Source: an uncultured Alphaproteobacteria bacterium (lineage in GTDB: Bacteria > Pseudomonadota > Alphaproteobacteria > CAAHEQ01 > UBA3637). From it: a stretch of 64,000 nt of DNA. This document shows positions 29,481 to 38,567 of this stretch, one piece after another. The position numbers were made by a program, and so were the translations under genes. How positions within the stretch are numbered: position 1 is the stretch's first letter; every line of letters starts with the position of its first letter. The notes beneath the pieces were generated by a model. It was not told the DNA's origin. It was given only the letters and a program-made list of their open reading frames with translations, and did no database searches. Where the stretch lies: NCBI GenBank assembly GCA_944393195.1, contig CALXZG010000003.1, forward strand, positions 35,223 through 99,222, read 5' to 3'.

Positions 29481-31538
29481 TTAAATGGCTTCCAATTCTT
29501 TTCGTTTTTGTTCAATCAATTCCTGATCACAGAGCGGGCAGAATTGGTGTTCCCCGTTCAGGTATCCGTGCTTGGGACAAATGGAATAAACCGGTGTCAC
29601 CGAAACATATGGCAGGCGGTAGTTTTCCAAAACGCGGCGAACCAGCGACTTACACGCGTCGGAGGAGGAAATCCGCTCATTCATGTACAGGTGCAGCACG
29701 GTGCCGCCTGTATATTGTGTTTGCAGGTCGTCCTGATAATCCAAGGCGGTAAACGGATCATCCGTAAAGCCGACAGGTAATTGAGAAGAGTTGGTGTAAT
29801 AGGGCGCTTCGTGTGTACCGGCTTGCAAAATATCCGGGAACCGTTTTTGGTCTTCGCGCGCGAAGCGATAAGTTGTTCCTTCGGCCGGTGTTGCTTCCAG
29901 ATTATACATATTGCCTGTTTCGGCCTGAAAATCGACTAATTTATTCCGGATATGGGTTAACAGCTTTTTAGCAAATTCGCGGCCGAACGGTGTTGTGATA
30001 TTATTGCGGTCGTTTGTGAAGTTGCGAATCATTTCGTTAATCCCGTTCACACCGATGGTGGAAAAGTGGCTGCGGAATGTGCCGAGGTATCGTTTTGTAT
30101 ATGGATACAGGCCGCGATCCATGTGCATGGAAATGACTTTCCGTTTGATCTCGAGAGAGGTTTTGGCCAGTTCGAGCAATTCGTTTAAGCGTTTATATAA
30201 AGCTTCTTCATTATTTTGATACAAATAACCAAGGCGGGCGCAATTGATGGTAACAACACCGATCGAACCGGTTTGTTCCGCCGAACCGAACAGCCCGCCG
30301 CCGCGTTTCTTTAACTCGGTCAGATCCAAGCGCAAACGGCAGCACATGGAGCGTACGTCGCTGGGCTTCATATCCGAATTGACGTAGTTGGAGAAATAGG
30401 GCAGGCCGTACTTGGCCGTCATTTCAAACAGCAGGTCGATATTCGGTGAATCCCACGGGAACGCATCGGTAATATTATAGGTCGGAATCGGGAAGGTAAA
30501 GGGACGACCTTTGGAATCCCCTTCACGCATGACTTCCAAGAATGCTTTGTTAATCATATCCATTTCGGGTTGTAAGTCGCCGAAAGTAAAGCTTTGGACT
30601 TCGCCGCCGATGATCGGATGTTTATCGGCTAAATCCGCCGGGCACGTCCAATCAAACGTCAGGTTGGTAAACGGTGTTTGGGTTCCCCAACGTGACGGAA
30701 CATTCAGGTTGAAAATAAACGATTGCATGGCTTGTTTAACGTCGGTATAGCTTAAATTTTCAATCCGAATAAACGGTGCCAGATACGTGTCGGCAGAAGA
30801 GAATGCCTGAGCTCCGGCCCATTCATTTTGCAGGGTGCCGAGGAAGTTGACCATTTGGCTGAACGCGGAAACAAGGTGGCGCGGCGGTTTGGATTCGACT
30901 TTATTCGGAACACCGTTAAAGCCTTCTTCTATTAAAACACGCAAGGACCAACCGGCACAATAACCGCACAACATGTCGAGGTCGTGGATATGGTAATCAC
31001 CGTTTTTATGGGCTAAACCGATTTCCGGTGTGTAGACATGATTCAGCCAATAGTTGGCAACCACTTTGCCCGAGACATTCAAAATAAGACCGCCGAGAGA
31101 GTAGCCTTGGTTCGCGTTGGCGTTGACGCGCCAGTCGGAGCGATCCAGATATTCATTAATAGAGGAAACGGCATCGATAACGGCTTTTTTGTCTTTACGG
31201 GCCTTTTCCCGTTGTTCGCGGTAGACAATATAGGCACGTGCCGTTTTGTAGTAATTGGAGGAAATCAGCACTTGTTCCACGACATCTTGAATTTGTTCGA
31301 TTGTTGGGGTAACGGCGCCGGCAAAGCGGTATTTTAACACTTTAATGACCTGTTGTGTTAACAGCCACGCTTCTTCGGAGCCGAATTCAGCGGTGGCTTC
31401 ACCGGCCTTGGTAATGGCAGCGGCAATGCGGGAAGCATCAAAGGCAATTCGTTCGCCGTCACGTTTAATGACGTCCGATAACGGGCCCAAATCTATCGGT
31501 GCGGCGATTTCTTCTTTTTTTTGAATGTCTTCCAACAT
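29481..31538 (-). CDS. nrdD: Anaerobic ribonucleoside-triphosphate reductase large protein (ATP-cone + class III core + Zn ribbon, no glycyl-radical loop)
   Basis: 685 aa with an ATP-cone N-terminus (VIKRDGERIAFDASRI). The core includes CCRLRLD. It ends in a CPKHGY...CPLCD zinc ribbon. Confidence 0.9.
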   Translation of the reverse strand: MLEDIQKKEEIAAPIDLGPLSDVIKRDGERIAFDASRIAAAITKAGEATAEFGSEEAWLLTQQVIKVLKYRFAGAVTPTIEQIQDVVEQVLISSNYYKTARAYIVYREQREKARKDKKAVIDAVSSINEYLDRSDWRVNANANQGYSLGGLILNVSGKVVANYWLNHVYTPEIGLAHKNGDYHIHDLDMLCGYCAGWSLRVLIEEGFNGVPNKVESKPPRHLVSAFSQMVNFLGTLQNEWAGAQAFSSADTYLAPFIRIENLSYTDVKQAMQSFIFNLNVPSRWGTQTPFTNLTFDWTCPADLADKHPIIGGEVQSFTFGDLQPEMDMINKAFLEVMREGDSKGRPFTFPIPTYNITDAFPWDSPNIDLLFEMTAKYGLPYFSNYVNSDMKPSDVRSMCCRLRLDLTELKKRGGGLFGSAEQTGSIGVVTINCARLGYLYQNNEEALYKRLNELLELAKTSLEIKRKVISMHMDRGLYPYTKRYLGTFRSHFSTIGVNGINEMIRNFTNDRNNITTPFGREFAKKLLTHIRNKLVDFQAETGNMYNLEATPAEGTTYRFAREDQKRFPDILQAGTHEAPYYTNSSQLPVGFTDDPFTALDYQDDLQTQYTGGTVLHLYMNERISSSDACKSLVRRVLENYRLPYVSVTPVYSICPKHGYLNGEHQFCPLCDQELIEQKRKELEAI

Positions 31539-31935
31539 TTTGTGATATCCTTTCGTTGTTTTTACTATATCTAGTAGTATTTATTTCTTTTTCTGTTATT
31601 CAAAAGAGACTATTTTTTGCGGCGCGTCAACCCTTTTTTTTGGACAAAAAATTTTAAAAACGCTCATATGATTGTAAGTGATTAGAAAAGCGTATTTCTT
31701 TTTTTTTAAAGATAGGAAAAAAAGATGCCATCAAAAGAGGTATTTTCGGGAGATATGAAATCCGGATAAATGACCCGTCAAAAAAGGGGTGTTCGATAAC
31801 GGCTGTTTTTGGGGCTTTTCGGTTCGTTAACCGATTCGGATTTCGGGTATATGTCGATTTGTATTCCAGGCGTAAAATTTTACAGAATAGGGCTTGACAT
31901 TTCGGGCGGTATCGGGTAAGATACCCTTGATTTTT

Positions 31936-32009
31936 GCGGGTGTAGCTCAATGGTAGAGCGGAAGCTTCCCAAGCTTAAGACGAGGGTTCGATTCCCTTCA
32001 CCCGCTCCA
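31936..32009 (+). tRNA. tRNA-Gly (anticodon CCC)
   Basis: GCGGGTGTAGCTCAATGGTAGAGCGGAAGCTTCCCAAGCTTAAGACGAGGGTTCGATTCCCTTCACCCGCTCCA folds as a cloverleaf with anticodon loop TTCCCAA and encoded CCA. Confidence 0.9.
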
Positions 32010-32013
32010 ATTC

Positions 32014-32039
32014 AGACCGGTTGTTCCGGTCTTTTTTTT
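32014..32039 (+). terminator. Rho-independent terminator after tRNA-Gly
   Basis: AGACCGG-ttgtt-CCGGTCT followed by T7. Confidence 0.85.
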
Positions 32040-32201
32040 ATTCGGGAAATACCGCCTTGGGATTCTTTAACCCCAATATCAATTTGGTAAGCAAAGAGAA
32101 AATACATGCGCTTGGTTCGGTTGACAATGGGGCGGGTGGTGCCTAAGTCAACAGAGGGAATAGTCCCGATCAATTTGTATGATGAGAGGAGGGGGATTAT
32201 C

Positions 32202-32237
32202 ATGCCGGGTTGTGGTTGCGGTACAAAGAAGAAATAG
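32202..32237 (+). CDS. Candidate 11-codon mini-ORF, MPGCGCGTKKK
   Basis: GAGGAGGGGG Shine-Dalgarno 6 nt upstream of the ATG. Stop TAG. A strong terminator follows immediately at 32047-32077... see the separate terminator feature for exact coordinates. Too short to evaluate statistically. Confidence 0.3.
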   Translation: MPGCGCGTKKK

Positions 32238-32246
32238 TGTGTTCAG

Positions 32247-32277
32247 TCATCTCTGTTTCGGCAGAGATGATTTTTTT
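32247..32277 (+). terminator. Rho-independent terminator after the mini-ORF
   Basis: TCATCTCTG-tttcgg-CAGAGATGA (32247-32270) followed by T7 (32271-32277). Confidence 0.8.
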
Positions 32278-32417
32278 ATGGAATGGGTGGCGGCGGTGCA
32301 AAAATAAAAGAAATGGCCATACATACAAACGGATGGGATATCAAAAGGAAACCCGCCCACGGGAATGGGCGGGTTGATGATTTTCCCCGAATGGGGAAAT
32401 CCTTTCCGGCATTTTGG

Positions 32418-32987
32418 TTAGAAATGCCAATAGACACCAACGGAAACATCCGTTAAATCGTCAACGACATCGGCACGGCTGTCGTGCAGGTTCACATACC
32501 GAACCATCCCGCGCACGGACACGTTATCCGTCATGTGATATTGCGCACCGGCACCGATCCGCCAACCGAGGTTGTTTTCTTTTTCGGAACCGGCCAACAC
32601 GCCCGAATAGTCGGCTTTGAACCAATAATAGCCCAAACCGACTGTTCCGATTAAATCAACTTTATCGTGAACGGGTACGTATCCCAACACGTCAACACCG
32701 GCCGCCTGAAAACCGGTTTCGGTATTGAGCATGTTGCCAAACGTTTTATCTTCGTCTTTGGACAGTTGATAAAAGGCTTCCACACCCCAATTTTGGTGCG
32801 GACGCACACCGGCGGAAATAAAACCGGCGTGGTGTTTGCTTTCGGCCAAGGCATCAAAACCGCTTCCGTATCCGGCGTCGGCGAAGGTGTATCCCGCCCC
32901 GACATACGGATTGAGTTCGGTTGCCTGAACCGCCGTTGCCAAAGTTGTTGTTAACATGAAAGCCGATAAAAGATATTTTTTAGTCAT
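32418..32987 (-). CDS. Small 8-strand-type outer-membrane beta-barrel protein (OMP_b-brl/OmpW-like)
   Basis: 189 aa with signal peptide ...ATAVQA. Alternating aromatic/Gly strands and a terminal ...VGVYWHF. Confidence 0.8.
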   Translation of the reverse strand: MTKKYLLSAFMLTTTLATAVQATELNPYVGAGYTFADAGYGSGFDALAESKHHAGFISAGVRPHQNWGVEAFYQLSKDEDKTFGNMLNTETGFQAAGVDVLGYVPVHDKVDLIGTVGLGYYWFKADYSGVLAGSEKENNLGWRIGAGAQYHMTDNVSVRGMVRYVNLHDSRADVVDDLTDVSVGVYWHF

Positions 32988-33201
32988 GTAAGACTCCTTG
33001 TTGTTTATGAAACAAACACCTTTGTCCGAATTGACAAAGGTGATCGGGGAGTTAACAAGTCTAATTACACAAAAGACCCCTGTGGCCTTTAAGGCTACGT
33101 CCTAGGGGCAATGCCCGAAGGAGCATAACCCCTGAACATACGCCACAGGCTCCCCGACCGAAGTCAAGGAATGGTTTAAAGGATAGCATTTTTCCCATAA
33201 G

Positions 33202-33230
33202 AAAAAAATGCCACCTTTCGGATGAGGTGG
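33202..33230 (-). terminator. Intrinsic terminator with no ORF upstream (minus strand)
   Basis: The minus strand reads CCACCT-catccgaa-AGGTGG then cATTTTTTT. No convincing CDS lies between it and the pnp terminator at 33668-33699. Confidence 0.6.
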
Positions 33231-33572
33231 TTCGCTCACCCATGTGTAATTTTGAGCTTGTTAAGGCCCTTTTGCACCTTACGGTACGCAGGATACAGGT
33301 TACCCCGCATCCGTTCGTTAGTATATATGCGTCCTATGTGAAAGTCAATCTGTTTTTAGGGAGGGGAAATCGGGGGATTTTTAAGGTGTGGAATGTGTTA
33401 AAAGATCCTCGCTTGCGCAAGGATACTGCGTAAATCAAAAGTTGCCGGTGGCAAGTTTTGATGCGCAAAGCAATGAAACACCGCGCGCCAAGGCAGCGGG
33501 AGTCGCCGCCGGCAAGCGGATGTTGGAATTGGAAAGGGAGTAAGATGGTCCAAAGACCCCCGATCAAGTCGG

Positions 33573-33651
33573 GGATGACGGGGTGCTAATTGATCAGGGA
33601 TGACGGGAAAAATAAAAAGCGCAAGGATGACGTAGAATTATAAGGGATGAC
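33573..33651. repeat. Four direct copies of GGATGAC
   Basis: Copies at 33573, 33598, 33625 and 33645. Three are GGGATGAC. Spacing is 25, 27 and 20 nt, in the non-coding DNA just downstream of pnp. Confidence 0.6.
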
Positions 33652-33667
33652 AGTTTTTCGGTATAGA

Positions 33668-33699
33668 TAAAAAAATCCCCGGCCGGGTGGTCGGGGATT
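33668..33699 (-). terminator. pnp intrinsic terminator
   Basis: The minus strand reads AATCCCCG-accacccggc-CGGGGATT followed by a T-run, 17 nt after the pnp stop. Confidence 0.8.
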
Positions 33700-33715
33700 G
33701 AGACGTAATGGATGG

Positions 33716-35965
33716 TTAATCCATCGTCATTTCGTCCGCGGAACTGTCCGCAATCACTTCACGCACCGGTTCGGCGGTGTGATGGTCGTGGTGATCGTGG
33801 TGCCGGTCTTTCCGATCTTTCCGATCCCCGCGGTCTTTACGCGGTTCTTCCGGCAGATCAATCGTTTCACCGGTTTCTTGGTTGACACGTTTCATGGACA
33901 GGCGGATTTTGCCGCGATTGTCCTGACCCATGTATTTGACCCAGACTTTGTCGCCTTCTTTCACCATATCGGTGACTTTTTCGACACGGTGCGGTGCCAT
34001 TTCAGAGATGTGGACAAGGCCGTCCGTTTTTCCCATGAACGTCACAAAAGCGCCGAAGTCCATAATTTTACAGACCGTGCCGTAGTAGTTTTGGCCTTCT
34101 TCCGGTTCGGCTACAATGCTTTGAATCCAATCATAGGCAGCTTTGCCCGCGGCCTGATCAACAGCCGCAATCCGGACGGTACCGTCGTCTTCAATATCCA
34201 CTTTGGCACCAGTTGTTTCGACGATTTCGCGAATGACTTTACCACCCGTTCCGATAACGTCACGGATTTTTTCTTTATCAATGACAAACGCCTGAATCCG
34301 AGGGGCATTCGGGCTGACCTCCGGACGCGGGGCGGCCAGCGATTCCGCCATTTTACCCAAGATAAATTGACGGCCTTCGTGCGCTTGCGCCAAAGCGGTT
34401 TTCATAATCTCGGTCGTGATGGAGGTGATTTTAATATCCATCTGTAAGGCCGTGACACCGTCTTTGGTACCGGCGACTTTAAAGTCCATATCGCCCAAGT
34501 GGTCTTCGTCGCCCAAAATATCGGACAGAACGACAAAGCGATCGCCTTCTTTAATTAAACCCATGGCGATCCCCGCGACCGGTTTTTTCATCGGAACGCC
34601 GGCGTCCATTAATGCCAAGGTTGAACCGCAAACCGTTGCCATGGAGGAGGAGCCGTTGGATTCCATAATATCGGACACAACGCGAATCGTGTACGGGAAG
34701 GAATCGCCCTTGGGCAACATCGGATGAATGGCGCGCCATGCCAGTTTTCCGTGGCCGATTTCGCGGCGACCCGGAGAACCCATGCGGCCGACTTCGCCCA
34801 CCGAATACGGCGGGAAGTTGTAGTGTAACATAAAGGATTCTTTATATTCACCGGCCAGCGAATCAATGATTTGTTCGTCTTCACCGGTACCGAGGGTTGC
34901 CGTGACCATGGCTTGCGTTTCACCGCGGGTGAACAGAGCGGACCCGTGCGCTTTGGGCAACAGACCGACTTCGGTTTCAATGACGCGGATGGTTTTGGTA
35001 TCGCGACCGTCAATCCGAACGCCCGTTTCCAAAACAGCGTCACGCATGATGCGAGCTTCCAATTCGTGGAAGACTTTGTCACAGACGGCATCTTCGGCTT
35101 CACGATCGGCAAAGAGGGCGTGCGCCTTTTCCCGAACGGCGGCAACGGCGTCTTGACGCGCCAGTTTTTCATGAATTTGGTAAGCAGCCTTAATATCGGC
35201 ACCTAATTTTTCCATGATTTCCGCACGAACCGTCGCGTATTCGGCGGGTTCGGCCTGAACTTCCCAGGGATCTTTGGCGCATTCTTCGGCCAAAGCGATA
35301 ATCATTTCAATGACGGGTTTAATGCTTTCGTGACCGAACGAAACCGCGCCCAACATGATGTCTTCGGACAATTCTTGCGCTTCGGATTCCACCATTAAAA
35401 CGCCTTCCATCGTACCGGCGACAACCAAGTCCAATTGGCTGTGCTTAATGGCTTTCATGTCCGGATTTAAGACGTAGGCTCCGTCAATATATCCGACGCG
35501 GGCGCCGGCGATAGGGCCGAGGAACGGCAGGCCGGAAATGGTCAGGGCGGCACTGGCCGCAATCATGGCGACGATATCCGGTTGTGTTGACAAATCGTGG
35601 CTGATCAACGTACAGACGACCTGTGTTTCATTATTAAATCCCTTGACAAACAACGGCCGAATCGGGCGGTCGATTAAACGAGATGTTAATACTTCGTGTT
35701 CGGAGGGTTTTCCTTCACGTTTGAAAAAGCCCCCGGGAATCCGGCCGGCCGCGTATGTTTTTTCCTGATAATTAACGGTCAGCGGAATAAAATCTTCAAA
35801 AGTTTCCGGTGTTTTTTTGCTGGCACAAACAGCGGCGTGTACCATGGTATCGCCGTACCGGACGATGACGGCGCCGTCAGCTTGACGAGACATTTTGCCG
35901 GTTTCAATCGACAATGTTTTGCCGCCCCATGTCATTTCTTTCTTAAATGTTTTAAAAATACTCAT
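33716..35965 (-). CDS. pnp: Polyribonucleotide nucleotidyltransferase (PNPase)
   Basis: Start placed at [16 protein letters not shown] (ATG at 35965, GGAAAGGAAAG Shine-Dalgarno). Two RNase PH domains, then KH and S1. About 55 extra C-terminal residues are rich in Arg/Asp/His. Confidence 0.95.
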   Translation of the reverse strand: MSIFKTFKKEMTWGGKTLSIETGKMSRQADGAVIVRYGDTMVHAAVCASKKTPETFEDFIPLTVNYQEKTYAAGRIPGGFFKREGKPSEHEVLTSRLIDRPIRPLFVKGFNNETQVVCTLISHDLSTQPDIVAMIAASAALTISGLPFLGPIAGARVGYIDGAYVLNPDMKAIKHSQLDLVVAGTMEGVLMVESEAQELSEDIMLGAVSFGHESIKPVIEMIIALAEECAKDPWEVQAEPAEYATVRAEIMEKLGADIKAAYQIHEKLARQDAVAAVREKAHALFADREAEDAVCDKVFHELEARIMRDAVLETGVRIDGRDTKTIRVIETEVGLLPKAHGSALFTRGETQAMVTATLGTGEDEQIIDSLAGEYKESFMLHYNFPPYSVGEVGRMGSPGRREIGHGKLAWRAIHPMLPKGDSFPYTIRVVSDIMESNGSSSMATVCGSTLALMDAGVPMKKPVAGIAMGLIKEGDRFVVLSDILGDEDHLGDMDFKVAGTKDGVTALQMDIKITSITTEIMKTALAQAHEGRQFILGKMAESLAAPRPEVSPNAPRIQAFVIDKEKIRDVIGTGGKVIREIVETTGAKVDIEDDGTVRIAAVDQAAGKAAYDWIQSIVAEPEEGQNYYGTVCKIMDFGAFVTFMGKTDGLVHISEMAPHRVEKVTDMVKEGDKVWVKYMGQDNRGKIRLSMKRVNQETGETIDLPEEPRKDRGDRKDRKDRHHDHHDHHTAEPVREVIADSSADEMTMD

Positions 35966-35991
35966 ATTCTTTCCTTTCCTACATATGAATG

Positions 35992-36017
35992 GGGAGGACA
36001 TCCCCTGACGTCCTCCC
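35992..36017 (-). promoter_or_regulatory. rpsO-pnp intergenic hairpin (likely processing/attenuation stem)
   Basis: GGGAGGAC-N10-GTCCTCCC, a perfect 8-bp GC-rich stem between the rpsO stop and the pnp Shine-Dalgarno. Confidence 0.5.
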
Positions 36018-36025
36018 GGCGGATC

Positions 36026-36295
36026 TTATTTCCGCAGACCCAGACGGGCAATCAGGCTTTCATAGCGGGCCTGATCAGCATCTTTAACGTATTTCAGCAA
36101 CCGACGGCGTTTTTCCACCATTTTCATTAACCCGCGACGGGAATGGAAATCTTTCGCATGCGTTTGCATGTGGGCGGCCAAAGCCGTGATCTTTTCCGTT
36201 AAAATCGCGATTTGCACTTCCGGTGAGCCGGTATCTTTGGCCGTCGTAGCGAAATCTTTGATAATTTGTTGTTTTTGTTCTTTTTGTAACGACAT
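36026..36295 (-). CDS. rpsO: 30S ribosomal protein S15
   Basis: Start placed at [15 protein letters not shown]... 89 aa, including [14 protein letters not shown] and HSRRGL. Confidence 0.95.
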   Translation of the reverse strand: MSLQKEQKQQIIKDFATTAKDTGSPEVQIAILTEKITALAAHMQTHAKDFHSRRGLMKMVEKRRRLLKYVKDADQARYESLIARLGLRK

Positions 36296-36477
36296 CGTTA
36301 TTTTCCTTTCTATGTTAAGTGTTCTGCCTTTTCCTCCGGCCACAGCGGCACGAACCGAGATATCGATCAGTCCGGTCATCAGCGGCTTTCGCCGAAAAAG
36401 ACCGTGACAGTATACTCTATCTTTTTTAAAAAATCAAGTAATTATTTTAACGGGCGTGGGGTGATAATGGCGCATGA

Positions 36478-37737
36478 TTAAATAGCAGGGGGCAGGATAT
36501 CGATGGTTGTCAGACGGTTTTTATCCCGGCCGACGACAGTTAAGGTATATCCGTCAATAACGAATGTTTGTCCCGGTGTCGGGATACGTTCGGCGCGATA
36601 CAGAATCAGTCCGGCGATGGTGGCGGCCTCTTCATCCGGTAATTCCCATTTAAAGTGACGATTCAGGTCGCGGATAGTAACGCCGCCGTCGATTCGCCAA
36701 GCACCGGCGTTGGTTTTAGTAAATTGCAACGTCGATTGTTCGGGGGTATCATTTTCATCCGAGATATCGCCGACGATTTCTTCCAGAACATCTTCCAAGG
36801 TAACGACACCTTGCAGATCGCCGTATTCGTCGACGACAAGGGCAAAATGTTCGCGGCGTTTTTTAAAGGCGAGTAATTGATCCAGCAGGGATGTTGTGTT
36901 GAGAACAAACCACGGTTTTGTACAATAATCCAGAACGCGCAGGTTAGGATAGCCGGCGGTGAACGCATTCATCATTTTTAAAACGGCTTTGACATGCAAA
37001 ATACCGACAATGTTATCGCGTTTGCCTTTCCAAAGGGGGATACGGCTGAACGGTGTATGGCTGACAAAATCAAAAATTTCACGCGGTTTGGCGGCGACGT
37101 TCAATGAGACCAGATGGCTGCGATGAACCATAATATCGCCGACCGTCACTTCGTCCAGATCCAGAACGCTTTTAACCATGCCTTTTTCCTGAGTCAGGGT
37201 GTTGTCATCATCCATATCAATGGCACCGCGGATTTCGGCTTTTAATTGTTCTTCGGTATCGGTTTCCTGTTTGGCTTTCGGTAATAGGTAGATTAAACCG
37301 CGGGCGATGGTATTCAACGCCCAGGTAAATGGGGCGAAAACTTTAATACAGAGGGTGAGCAAAGGGGTAACCCGCATTGCAAAAGAATAAGGTGTACTGA
37401 GCGCATATGTTTTTGGCAGAATTTCGGAAAAAATCAGGATGACAACGCTGACGACAAAAGTTGCCATGATGACGCCCCAGCGTTCCCCGAAGATATCAAT
37501 CATCAGGCTTGTGGACACGGCGGTTGCCGCGATATTGACGACGTTATTGCCGAATAACAGAGTGCTGAGCAGTTTGTCGCCGTTGGCTTTAATTCGGTTC
37601 AGTTGACGGGCACGTTTGTTGCCTTGTTTTTCCTGATCATGCAACAGCGGGGCGGAAACGGCGGTGACGGCTGTTTCGGTACCGGAGAAGAAAAAAGAAC
37701 AGCTGAGCAGAAAGAGGAGGGTTAAGTAAGCAGACAT
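36478..37737 (-). CDS. CNNM/HlyC/CorC-family transporter (DUF21 + CBS pair + CorC_HlyC), TlyC-like
   Basis: 419 aa with 4 N-terminal TM helices, a CBS pair and a C-terminal transporter-associated domain. Confidence 0.85.
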   Translation of the reverse strand: MSAYLTLLFLLSCSFFFSGTETAVTAVSAPLLHDQEKQGNKRARQLNRIKANGDKLLSTLLFGNNVVNIAATAVSTSLMIDIFGERWGVIMATFVVSVVILIFSEILPKTYALSTPYSFAMRVTPLLTLCIKVFAPFTWALNTIARGLIYLLPKAKQETDTEEQLKAEIRGAIDMDDDNTLTQEKGMVKSVLDLDEVTVGDIMVHRSHLVSLNVAAKPREIFDFVSHTPFSRIPLWKGKRDNIVGILHVKAVLKMMNAFTAGYPNLRVLDYCTKPWFVLNTTSLLDQLLAFKKRREHFALVVDEYGDLQGVVTLEDVLEEIVGDISDENDTPEQSTLQFTKTNAGAWRIDGGVTIRDLNRHFKWELPDEEAATIAGLILYRAERIPTPGQTFVIDGYTLTVVGRDKNRLTTIDILPPAI

Positions 37738-37739
37738 GA

Positions 37740-38327
37740 TTATCCTTTCTTATGCAAGCGGTGCCGAACCGGAGACGGGGAGTCAATCGGTGTGATGAGA
37801 CCGCGTTCTTCCAATTGTTTCAGCAGGCGACCGGCGGTTTTGGCCGGATGTTCGTCGTAAGAGGAAACCGTTAAATCGGCCAACGCGTACAACGGGTAGC
37901 ATTCTTGGACAAGGCGTTCGATGACTTTTTGGTTGTCGGCCGCCGGAACAAGGGGGCGATGCGTTCGGCCTTCCGTCCGACTGGAAATAACGTCGGCTTC
38001 GGCCTTAATCCAAACGGAAACGGCTTTGTCGGCCGCGACCTGTCGGGTTGCTTCGGACAAAAAGGCACCCCCGCCGGATGACAGGACGCAAGGTGTACCG
38101 TTGAGCAGGCGTTTCATGACACGTTCTTCGCCGGCGCGGAATTCTTTTTCCCCGTATCGGGCGAACAGATCTGAAATGGAAAAGCCGGTCATTTGTTCGA
38201 TTTCGCGGTCACTGTCCAAAAACGGCAGTCCCAATCGTTTGGCGATAATGCGTCCCAGGCTTGTCTTGCCGACGCCCATCATGCCGACCAGCAAAATTAT
38301 TTTGGATGTTAACAGACGGTATGTCAT
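37740..38327 (-). CDS. aroK: Shikimate kinase
   Basis: Walker A VGMMGVGKTSLG and LGLPFLDSDREIE. Start placed at MTYRLLTSK (an alternative ATG lies at 38351). The track ORF extends further upstream. Confidence 0.85.
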   Translation of the reverse strand: MTYRLLTSKIILLVGMMGVGKTSLGRIIAKRLGLPFLDSDREIEQMTGFSISDLFARYGEKEFRAGEERVMKRLLNGTPCVLSSGGGAFLSEATRQVAADKAVSVWIKAEADVISSRTEGRTHRPLVPAADNQKVIERLVQECYPLYALADLTVSSYDEHPAKTAGRLLKQLEERGLITPIDSPSPVRHRLHKKG

Positions 38328-38420
38328 TGTTCTTTGTCTTGACAAAATCATTTTTACGGAATACTCTTGAACATATAACATAACATGATTTTTATCTTGT
38401 GTCCAGTCAAGGAGTGAAAA

Positions 38421-38567
38421 ATGCGTCAAAACAGTGAAAAAAAGCATACGATTTTAAAAATTTTAGCCGTCATCGGTGTCGGGTTTTTAATTTTTGTTGC
38501 CGTGGCCGATTTTGCGCCGGAGCAGACACCGGTGGAAAAGGCAATTGCGTATGGCGATATTCAATAG
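38421..38567 (+). CDS. Candidate 48-aa single-TM protein
   Basis: AAGGAG lies 6 nt upstream of the ATG. Sequence is MRQNSEKKHTILKILAVIGVGFLIFVAVADFAPEQTPVEKAIAYGDIQ. It overlaps the next start by 17 nt and is below the track length cutoff. Confidence 0.45.
   Translation: MRQNSEKKHTILKILAVIGVGFLIFVAVADFAPEQTPVEKAIAYGDIQ

Noticed and set aside
31564-31575. NrdR box upstream of nrdD (ACTATATCTAGT near-palindrome)
   Set aside because: It resembles the AT-rich core of NrdR operators. I found only one copy, with two mismatches to perfect symmetry, and no properly phased second box. That is not enough to call it.
31654-31950. 98-aa minus-strand ORF overlapping the 5' end of tRNA-Gly
   Set aside because: It overlaps a bona fide tRNA and lies in an AT-rich promoter region. 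No ribosome-binding site or recognisable motif is present.
33573-33651. CRISPR array
   Set aside because: The repeats are only 7-8 nt long with 13-19 nt between them, and no cas genes are present. This is not a CRISPR array.
33061-33667. Possible tmRNA (including the two-piece alphaproteobacterial form), RNase P RNA, SRP RNA or 6S RNA
   Set aside because: I found no tRNA-like GGGG.../...CCACCA ends, no plausible tag ORF ending in LAA or VAA, no GAGGAAAGTCC P4 motif and no SRP GGAA/AGCA domain IV motif. The region is left as an unclassified candidate ncRNA.
33698-34447. 249-aa plus-strand ORF, plus several others, inside pnp
   Set aside because: They lie antisense to PNPase, whose KH/S1 and RNase PH motifs are clear. 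The antisense product is Phe/Arg/His-rich nonsense.
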